The notes beneath the pieces were generated by a model, which saw only the letters and a program-made list of their open reading frames with translations, had not been told where the DNA came from and ran no database searches. The position numbers were made by a program, and so were the translations under genes. DNA of 59,512 nt, the filler included, from Sphacelaria rigidula (lineage: Eukaryota), in NCBI GenBank assembly GCA_964200075.2. It is 8 parts of 8 records of this genome, joined end to end, with 100 filler letters (N's around TTAATTAATTAA, not from the genome) between each part and the next. Parts side by side here need not be neighbours in the genome. Positions count along the whole stretch, not along the records: positions 44,711 to 52,061 come from CAXNAA020015293.1; positions 52,162 to 59,512 come from CAXNAA020015294.1; 6 more parts are not named here. One strand, given 5' to 3'. This document shows, in pieces, positions 49,770 through 59,512 of this stretch. Within the stretch, counting starts at the first letter, position 1. Every line of letters begins with the position of its first letter.

Positions 49770-52061
49770 CCAGTAACGGTATTACTGGGCACCGGGGCGG
49801 CGGGAGGGGAGCTATGCATCGAAACAGTGGTGGAGGTTGTTGGTAACGTGGGGCAATATAACGAATTTGAGGTTTGCTAACCCTCGTAACAGTAAGATAC
49901 CTCAGATGAAAATTCTAGGGTCAGCGGTAATTCCTATTCTTTTCCGCACAAAGGATAACTTAATAAAGGTATGGATCCGGGTGGTCCATGGATTACCATA
50001 TGGATTTATTTCGGCAGCGGGTTTCAATAGGAGAGACAAGAGCACGTCATCTTTCGAAGGGCGATCGAGATTTCGGCTTTCGCCGGAGGCGCCGTGAGTA
50101 CGGTTCGTGTCTAATAGTCCCCCAAAACTCGGAGCTGTTGACACCGACCACCTCACCAGCCAAGGAGATTCAGCAACTTCGAACCTCTTCCGTGCTGTCA
50201 AGCCAAGCGCGCTTGGTGACGACTCGACAGTAAAGTTGTCTGGTTGGAGCGAACTGGCAGCATCGAATGAGGTGTGGAAAAGCCTTGGAGTGACGTGGAG
50301 GACGATACTACGCTGCAGTGGCTGCTGCATCTAACGGAGGACGTAAGCTCAGAAGGTTTGGCTAGCAAGCTAGTCCCGGGCTACGTGCGATCGACGCTAG
50401 CATGGGCAGCCGCCTGCGTCAGGGTTCGAAAGAAAGACGGACGGTAGTTTTACGACTATGTCAAGATTATCGTGGACTGAACCAACTTCTTGAGTCGTAC
50501 AGCGGCAGCTGGAGGGATATGTAGACCATGTACAGTGGGCTAGCAGAATCCAAGTACTCTAGGAGTGTTGATTTAGCGAATGGGTGTTTCCAGTTGAAGG
50601 TGGAGGAAGTATTTTGGCAGCCAAAGAGTTCGTAGAAGTGATACGCTGATGCGGACTGGAAGGCGTTGGATTGTGTTGGAGTATATCAGATTGGAGAGGG
50701 AGTCAGGCTGGTACATACGAGTCCGGGGCGCGGTTCTTTCCACAACCTTGTGGAAGAAGTGCAACCACAAGTGTTGGTAGGGGATACAAGTCGGGTTGCA
50801 CCATTCGAATGGGCCGAGCCGGAGTCAGCATCAGCCAGTGTCGTCAAAAAGTTGGTCGAGTCATTCCTCTCACCAACCTCTGTGACAACGCTGATCTTGG
50901 AGAGTACTGCTGTGATAGTGCGCTCTCCTGGTGAGAACGAGCTCGTTGCTCCGTGTTGAGCGGAGCTGGGGGTCTCACTGAGCAGGCCTCAGTATCAGCC
51001 GTGCAGGTGGGCACACCGTATCGGAAGAGACGGACCTATGTGGTCGCCTTGAAAGCTGATCGTCGGAGGAAGAGACAACTGCGAGCGTGGAAGCAGCGAG
51101 TGAAAACGTACACCGTCGCCTGCCCCACGTTGGGTTAGCGATTAGGGCGGACAAGTATTTATTTTTCTGGTGCCGACAGGACAGGGCGAGGCGATTCACA
51201 CTTCCGAGAATCCGATGCCCAGATTATTTTGTTCTTAGCTGACGAACGGGAAACCAAGGCAAGAGGAATTCAGACCCCATGGAGCGGACGCAGGTGGATA
51301 GGAAGAAGCAGTCGAGCTGAAAAGAGACGATTTCGTGAAAGTTGCGACTACTCTCGACTGTTACGAGATACCACCCCGTGAATTAACAACGTCATACCAT
51401 AGATTGTGGCTAATTTCGTTCACCCGTGGATGATGAAGGCGGTTCTATCAAGTCGAAGCGGAAGTTTTGTTCAGCCTGACTCATATCCAGGGTGAGGTTG
51501 AGGATTTGAGCACGCTCGCTACGATGTGGCCTCGTGAGGAAGCAGAGTTACCAGAGGCTTGGGGAGCCGCTGTAACTCGTTCGTCGGTTCAAGAGGCAAA
51601 GCGGGAGTCAGGCCAAGACCCTGGTGGGGGGGAGGCTCCACCTGAGGAGCCACGGATACCAGGTAAAGGTAGACCTCAGACCGTTCTCGAGCAGGCGAGA
51701 GCGACTCTGATGAAGAAGCCGCAACTAGTTTTGCTACAAGAACGGGACTCCCGGCTTGAGCTCATCAGAGAGAGGTTCATGTTGGAGAAAAGGATGAAGG
51801 TACAAGTAAGAGGCAGAAAGCGTACGTTCCAAAATGATTATCTTCTATGGTATACCTCACCTAGGCCACTAGGTAAGTTGGACACCAAGTAAGTTGGCTA
51901 TTCCACGCAGTCTAGTACCTGGCCTGCTCGCGTTGGTGCACGTTACGCATGGGTACGCCGGAGTGATGAAAACGACTGTAGTGGTCAACGCACGCTATGA
52001 GTGTCCCGGTCTCTTCGCCGATACTCGCACACACGTGCTGTCTTGTGGATGTCGCCGACGC
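49770..52061 (+). mobile_element. Decayed, internally deleted Ty3/gypsy LTR retrotransposon (protease - RT start - extra domain - integrase start); truncated by spacer
   Basis: Protease-like VLLGTGA (~49780, D-T-G site mutated) and VVHGLPYGFI. RT motifs AWAAACVRVRKKDG/LRLCQDYRGLN and SVDLANGCFQL (50400-50600). Integrase zinc-binding region LAIPRSLVPGLLALVHVTHGYAGVMKT...RY...VLSCGCRRR (51894-52061). Confidence 0.85.
50599..51455 (+). pseudogene. Divergent C5 DNA-cytosine-methyltransferase-like domain inside gypsy pol (frameshifted)
   Basis: Colinear motif-like segments: GGGSILAAKEFVEVI / ADADWKALDC (I-II), QPQVLVGD (IV, no Pro-Cys), TLILEST (VI), VSAVQVGTPYRKRRTYVVA (VIII), RPH...VELKRDDFVKVA..DCYEIP (IX) and IVANFVHPWMMKAVL (X). 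Recognised by eye across frameshifts. Confidence 0.6.
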
Positions 52062-52714
52062 NNNNNNNNNNNNNNNNNNNNNNNNNNNNNNNNNNNNNNN
52101 NNNNNTTAATTAATTAANNNNNNNNNNNNNNNNNNNNNNNNNNNNNNNNNNNNNNNNNNNNTTCCCCCTCCACCACCCCCCCCCCTTCCTCGGGCCGAGA
52201 CCGTGGTCCCAAGGGGTCAATAAACTCTTCGCTCCCCCCCCCCCCCCCGGCGGTGCTCCGTCTCGAAAGGGATGCGTGGTCAATGGTCACACGACTAAGG
52301 CAAGCAACGAATAAGTACGCCCCCATCACCATCCCCCCCGTACTGTACACGCCTTGCATTTTGGTCTCGCGGGTTGGATCGGAACTCCCGCACCCTATCA
52401 AACTCTCGTCAAAGAAACTCAGTCAACTACTTTTTCTTTACTCACGTACTCTCGCTTTGGACGGTGGGAATCAGATGCTTCGAAGGAGAAAAAAAATCGC
52501 ATCTGGTGAGAACAGACAGACCCAGGTAGTCTTCACCCTAGTGGTGATAGTCGGACCATCAGACATCAGAGACACGGATCACATTACCTGACACACTGTT
52601 GCGGTCATGTTCTGCTGTTGTTGCTCTCGGCGGCTTGCAACGGAACTCTTACTTGTTGCGTGGCGCGTCGTTGTTGTGTCGCGTTTCGTGCCCGCTCGCG
52701 TGTGTGTGTGGCAG

Positions 52715-52989
52715 ACGGAAGGGATGTCCGAGGAGCAGCAACCACGCTTCATCCACAACCAGAGCGGACGCTTCGAGAGTCGTTGGTCCACCGTCAAGGT
52801 TAGGGAGTGATTTGTGACACGTGTTGCTAATGTTACGAATTGTTGATGGTTGTTGAAAGCGAAGATGTAGCCAAATGATCTTGTTTTTTTTGCGCGCTCA
52901 TTTTTGTTGTTGCTTCTTTCTCCGGTAGGAGAAGGTTGCGATGTTCGTGTCCTTGTATTCATTCATATTTCGGTAAGGTGTAGCGGCAG

Positions 52990-53027
<38 letters not shown>

Positions 53028-56000
53028 GTGAGAAGAAAATAATGTAAAGTTTGGGGCGGCGTGTCAAATCCTGATTGGAAAAAAAAAAAAATGAAATTCG
53101 AGGAGACGGACAACAAGAACGAAACTCAATGTATCCGTTTGAAAAGTTTCAGTTTCAGAGCTTGATGTAGTAGCGGAGAGAAACCGTCCTTTGGCAAATA
53201 GAAGTGTACAAAAGTCTCGAGCAAAGCGTCTGGTACGGAGACAAAACGAGCTGGGTCAGCCTAGTACCGGATCTGTACGTTGCAGGCGGATTCTCACCTC
53301 GAATTTGAGAGTTTTTAATTTGAAAATTGGTGTGGAGAATCAGTAGGGCAAGACGAAAAATTCTCACCCTGAGTTCTGTTTTTCTTCATGAGTTAAGGGC
53401 AGCAAATAACAATATCCAGTTTTCACCAAAACATTCCCAACTCATGAAAAGATTGACTTGGAGCGGGGAGTTTGTTTTTCAATGTACCTTACCAGTTCTC
53501 GACACCAAGTTTAATAATTGCAACTCTCAGAATTGGGGTGAAAACCCCTGATATACAGGCCGGGCCGGCTTATGTACGGAACTGTATGTTGCCGGCTATT
53601 AAGCAGCTCAGTTTTAAGACTTGTGCTTTAAAATTTTGTGTCGAGGATCGCAGCGGCATAATAATGGAGAAGATATACGGGATATACACGTGAATATGTA
53701 CTTTTTTTCGTGAAATAAGGGCGTTTTAGCGTGGTAAAGACTATTTTTTCACACCCTGGACAATAGATTACATTGTCGAAAAAATGTACTGCGTACCATA
53801 TGGGATATATTGTCTATTGCAATAGGCAATGGATCCCATACGTACGCAGTATCTTTTTTGGCAATGCAAACTATTGTCCAGGGTGTGTATTTCTCACAAA
53901 AATATCCTCAACTCTCGGGAAAATATCGTTGTCGACGCACTTTGTTTTTTGTCTGCCCTTGCGATCCTCCATACTCAATTTTAAAATCACAACTCTAAAC
54001 GCTGGCTGAGAAACTGATTTAACTCTTCGACGACGAGAGAAGGTCATCTGTTGAATCGGCATCAACTTCACTTAAGAAAGGTATGCGTGGTCCAGATGGA
54101 CTACCCTCGTGGTCTAAGGGTTAAGGGCCAAAGACGATACGGGCATCAATTTTTCGCAAAAATGCCCTCAGCTCATGAAAAAAAATGAAAATATTCATTC
54201 TCCACGCAGATTTGTTTCTAGTTTGCCCTTGCGATACTCCATCCCAAATTTCATCACAAGTCTCGGAAATTGCGGTGAGAATTTCAGACTAGTGCATTTA
54301 GCGTCTGCTTGTAATAATATTGAGTTTGGTATCGAAAATTATTTACGCCGTATCTTTAGATAGATACTAATTGGGTGAAGGTGAGGACACCCATCGTTTC
54401 TCCGGTGCTCTAATAAATGTTTACACAGGAAATCGTCAACCGCTGAACATATCGTCCTAAGTTTCGTTTAGACTTTAGTATAGACCCTATCTCTGTGCGT
54501 CATCGGATTTACTCTACATGGCGTTTAACCCACGAGAAAAAAAATACCGTTCAGGATGTAGAGTAGATGGGCATGTGCCCCTTGATTGGACGATTAATAA
54601 GATAATATGGATAACGGTCCAATTCGTTGGCGTCGATGACATACGGCTGTGAAAGCTTAAACCCGTTTTTAGGCTGGCCGAACCAGCTCGCACATCCAGC
54701 TTAAAAAAATATGTCATCGTTGTCGTCGTGTTGTTTTTGTTCTCATTTCTCGTCTCAAATGGTTTTTGCCTTGCTTTTAATTTTTTGTCTTGCTTTTGAA
54801 TGCCCCGTCCTCTCCCTTCGGTTAGTGTGGGAGATAGTGTGAGACAGAACTCTCTACTGAGTATGTCCTCTGTTCTCTCCCTTTACTACTGTTCGGGCTT
54901 TCCCAACTTTGTTCTCCCTCTATGTCCACTTTCCTCTCTCCCTCTCTGTCTTATAGATTATGGAGTCCCCATCGATTCTGCTAGCGGGTATGGAGGGCTC
55001 GAGCCTGGGAATCTGGGTAGCGCACGGAGAAGGACGTGCCCACTTCCCTCAGGCATCGTCGAAAAAGCAGGCCCTCGAGGGAGGGCTGGCGCCAGTACGG
55101 TGAATAGATCTGACTTGCCTTTTGTCAGGATTAATGTGACTTAAGATCGCCTCCTCTTTTCCGTCATTTTGCTTTGAAAAACGGCCAGGATGGTTTTGAC
55201 GTGTTGTAATGAGCTGTCGAACACCCCCTTGATACGTGTACGAGTGTTGTTGCTCGATTTTTGTCATCGTCCGTGTGATCCCCGTCATGGTGTGCGGTGA
55301 GTTTGTTAGCACGGCATGATATCGTTCCCATGGTAGAACTCCGTACAGCAGTGCTAGGGCAATGACATTTTTTTTCAATACTGTAGTATACCTGATTTAT
55401 TTGTTTTACTACACTGCCTGCGACCAAGTCGGGCGGGGTGTACTCATTGTATTGCACGCCGTAGTGATGAGAACTTTGACCTCGCATCCGTACAAAGCCG
55501 GGACGGAGCACGCCGGGTTTTCGCAGGACCAATGTCTCTTTGTCCGTTTTTTAACTTTTTTTTGTTTGAAAATATTTTTCTTATTTTGTTTGTTCCTTTT
55601 CAGTCTACTCTGTCTGTGTTATCTTCCTGTTTTCTTCACTCTTCTTCAGGGAGTCCTTCCGTTCCGTCTTTTTTTTTGGCTTGGGGTGCGTATATATTGC
55701 ACATCCTGGACAAAATGTGGTCAATAGATGCAATAACAGAAAAAATACTGGATCATGTATAGGCCTACTGTAACTATTGTCGGTCGCCAATAGTTGCAAT
55801 AGATATATTCTTATCCCGGCACGCTTTTTGTGTATTGCATCAATTGACCATATTTTGTCCAGGGTGTGATATTTTTTCACCGCGGCTGGGTCCCTGAGGA
55901 ATCAGTAGTTCATAATGTGCGACAATCAATCAAGCATCCTTTTTATTGTTTTATTTTTACTGTAATCATCACCATCGTCATCATCCGTATGATTGTTGAA

Positions 56001-58392
56001 AAAAAATTGCGTTTCTTCGTGTCCAACTCGCTATTGACATAGTCCGCTCTGCCCCCCTCACCCCTCGCCTACCCTTTCTTGATAAATTGTCTTCAGATAC
56101 GTGGATGATTCTAACGCTCCCACAGAAGTGTACCCGTTCAACCCTAATGGATCTCCCGATGGTATCGCTGGTCTGTGCTCGGAAGACGGGCGCCACCTGG
56201 CCGTCATGCCGCACCCGGAGCGTTGCTTCCTCAAGTGGCAGGTACGAAGACACGAAAGCAGAAAAGTGCACAAAATGCAACTTATAGAGCAGTATTGGGA
56301 GAAACGGAGGACATGTACTCTATGTGTACGTGATGGCAGAAACAGGTATCTATCTTCACCTTGAAATATGAGGAAACAAAAAATACCAAATGTAACGACT
56401 AAAGTTTTTTTTTTTTTCCTCTCTCGGAAACAATCAGGGTGGACACATAGTAGGTAGTCCATAGCTGGAAATTCGAAGACAATACCCCCGAAAAACCATG
56501 CCAGCCCAAATTCTGGGAGGGGGGGCGGAGGGGGGCGGGCGTACTCATTTCTTGCTTGCCCTAGTCACTTGACCGTTGACCAAGCATCCTTTTCGAGACG
56601 GAGCAACGTTCCTACTCCCAATAGAGACATCTCTAGTATTTGAACACCAATTCATTGAGGGTTTACTCATGATCATGCATGCCATAGTCATAAGACCATT
56701 GACGTCGCTAATTCATCGGGGGGGGGAGGGAGGGTCGACAGTGAGATATCTGCTATCTCTCGAGATAATTGGAATAGCTGACAGTGGAAGACGTTCGACT
56801 CGTGCATACAAGTCAAGTTTGAAAAATGAAGTGTTGATTTGTGTTTTTTTTGTGATTCAAGGCTGCTGCGCCGGTTCCGACCATTGTTTCAGCGAACACA
56901 TTCAGGAATATTAGCAGATATTGCCAAACAACAGTGAGTTGCCCGTCAAACATAAAAGGAACTATCTTCTCAGCAGCTATTTTTTTCGTACGAGTTTATT
57001 TCGATATCGTTGCCATGCGGGGGGGGGACCCTGTTCAGTTGGTAATCGAGGGGTGCAAGTCGTTTCAGAATACCGAACGCTTTGGTCGTATATCTATGGT
57101 TGACAAAATGACTACTTGATTTCAGACTTGAGAAGGTTTTGAGAAAATTTACGGTTTGGGGCAGGTGAGCAGTGGACTAGAACGTGTTTTTGTCGAAATC
57201 GGCGCCTGCGGCGTCGATTTCAGGCCTGCCAACGCACACTGTGCCTAGGGGTACGAACCTATGCACCCCACCCCCCTTGCCCGAGGGTCTCGTACGCCTT
57301 GGGTCGGGGTTAGGGTTGGGGTTAGCGTTTTTGTTAGTTTGTTCGAATAAATCAACCAGAGATATACGACCAAAACTCTGGGTCGCCTCAGTCGTTTACC
57401 GTGGACGACAAATGTTCTTCCAATTTTTTTTTTTCGAGCGGTGCCAGCCATTTAGCGCCCAGGTGTTCGGCGTGTTCGTTGTACAAAGAAGCCGTGATAT
57501 TACTGCTGGGTACTGTGCAGTACGTGGATTCCTCAGCACGTTACACAAACGCCGCACCAAACCAAAACGTACTAGATTTTTTTTTTTCTTCAGTTTCTGG
57601 GGCTCTTAAGGTCGACTGTGGCGAATTGAGCTAATCCTTTGCATGACTCTCTAGCTCTCGTGCGTGTGCTAGGAGCTGTGAAGGGCCACAGGCCGTCTTG
57701 CTTCCTGTGTCGAGAAAAAAAGCTACAGCTGTGGCATACTAAACCAAGTTAATTAGGGATGAAGCGTGTGTCCTACTCGGAACAGCTAATGACATGTTTT
57801 TTGTTCCTTCGCGTTTTCCCTTTTTTTTCCTGCGTGTTTTTTTTTTCGGTCGTTATGGCCCTCATTCACCCCCATAACAGTACGTAGCGTCCATCAAGTC
57901 GAGACCGCAGTGACCGTGAATACAGAATATTGTGCCAGGTGACATGCCGGCTAAAGCACGTTCCGCTCGCAATCGCCCTTTTGGAAGTTGAGAACCAAAG
58001 CGAGTACGGCTTGAAATAGAAGCGGGATTCGCACTGCTTTTTCTTCGTGAGAGTGTCACGATAAAGTCAGGTAGTATCATCAAGATCTCAAAAAGCAGAC
58101 AAAGCAAAGGGGCGGGTAAACAGATTGCGAAACTGTGACTTCCGTTCCTGTCGTCTTCTTACCGCACTCCTAATGTTGAAAAAGCGTCATCTCAACCTAC
58201 ACCCCCGCCCCCTCCCCCATCCTGTCCCCTCTCGTCCACCGATTGTTCATCGTGAATCCCCTCTCATGTAACCCACAGTGGCCCTACATGCCCAAGGACT
58301 GGCGCGGAACGCTTGCTGCGAGCCCATGGTTAAAAATGTTCCAGAACGCGCGAACGTGGTGCGATGCGCACCCTCGTGCCGACGTGCCGTAG
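52715..58392 (+). CDS. PFAS: Phosphoribosylformylglycinamidine (FGAM) synthase, last four exons (glutaminase domain)
   Basis: Phase-consistent exons 52715-52798 ([20 protein letters not shown]), 54957-55099 ([28 protein letters not shown]), 56097-56241 ([31 protein letters not shown]) and 58279-58392 ([19 protein letters not shown]..stop). Confidence 0.95.
52991..53026. repeat. (GAT)12 microsatellite in a PFAS intron
   Basis: Twelve perfect gat units. Confidence 0.95.
53750..53887. mobile_element. Palindromic MITE with CACACCCTGGACAA termini
   Basis: cacaccctggacaatag ... ctattgtccagggtgtg, self-complementary through most of its length. Confidence 0.75.
55700..55868. mobile_element. Second palindromic MITE with related termini
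   Basis: cacatcctggacaaaatgtggtcaatagatgcaata ... tattgcatcaattgaccatattttgtccagggtgtg. Confidence 0.75.
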
Positions 58393-59512
58393 TGCTTATT
58401 CAAGGTGTTTCAATGCGCCTCTCCGTCTGTGACACGGCGCCTGATGTTGCTTCGGGAGGGCAAACAGGGGGGGGGGAGGGGGGTAAGGGGGCATACTCAT
58501 CTTTTTTTGCTATTTCACCGTTGGGAATTTTTGTGGCGGAAGGGGGAAAACGCGATCGTGTTCGTCCGACCGTTACCCTCGGGTTTTCTCGCGAGCACAG
58601 AGAGTTGTTATCCACAGAACGCGAGGGTTCGTGGCTGTGGTGATGGTAAGCTTTTTGGGTAATACCATGGGCATCTGGGAAGGGGTACGAACTTCCATCA
58701 TAGTGCATGTGCACGCTCCGTGCAAGATGACTATATGTACCCGCCGTGGTGCATTCGAGCATATTTTCGTGTTGTATATTGTATGTTCGGAATCAGATTT
58801 GATTGGTATTATCGGAATAATTTTATACCGATTTTGCCCCCCTTCGTTTTCTTTAGTACGGAATGTTCCGCTCTGTGCACTTTATTCCGCGATACATTAA
58901 TTTTTTCCTGTTGTGGTTGAAGACGGGAGGACGGGGGAATAGGACGGTTTTCAGAGTGTCAATTCTTCCTTTTTTCACTTTCGGAACAGTTACATGTCCT
59001 CATACATCGCCACAAATTGATATCCTTTGAGGGGTCGACACAGTCCGCCATGGTCACTAGACGGCAAACCCGAACAGACAGAAGGCCTGTAATTGCAAAG
59101 TATGTGCCATATCATACCATGTTACTTGCTACTCACTTTTGAGTGTCCCATCATGTCACGGGATCCTCCGGCCGTGCGCCGACATGGACGGTGGTCATGT
59201 GCGAACGTCGAGCTTCCCATCAGTAGCTCCCATCGCGGAAAACGTTTTCCGATGACAAGAGCTGAGCGCTCTTCTGGCACGCACGATGTGGTGGGCGCCA
59301 TTGTGTTACGCAGGACATGCATACATCGTATATAGGGTGTGGTGGTTATTTTTCAGTGGGGATTCGATCTCAAAGTCATTCGCGGAAGCTTTCACGCTTC
59401 CTTCACGTTGGACTGGCTCTCTCAGCACTGCGGTGACGTTCAACAATGTTTTCGTGAGATTGAGAGTAGATGATACGATTGAGAGTGGCTTTGATCATTC
59501 GCTTTAAGTGGG

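Overview
Eukaryotic, intron-rich and repeat-rich DNA, most consistent with a brown alga (inferred from gene structure, FNIP family and TE types; not provable from sequence alone). The window is not one locus. It is eight segments of 7352 or 7351 bp joined by 100-bp N spacers containing TTAATTAATTAA, so adjacency across spacers should not be trusted. Host genes reconstructed from GT-AG exons: a kelch-repeat protein, an Apd1/Aim32-type sucrase/ferredoxin (3' end missing), the last four exons of FGAM synthase (PFAS/PurL), an intronless protein with about 26 FNIP repeats, an orphan RidA/YjgF-like exon and two exons of an unknown membrane protein. Mobile DNA includes a decayed tyrosine-recombinase (DIRS/Ngaro-type) retrotransposon, a decayed RTE-like LINE, non-autonomous piggyBac-like elements and several MITE/foldback elements. 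The most unusual signal is a decayed Ty3/gypsy element at about 49.8-52.1 kb. Between its RT and integrase it carries a region that reads as a divergent C5 cytosine-methyltransferase fold, lacking the catalytic Pro-Cys in this copy. All protein assignments come from motif recognition by eye; no database search was run.
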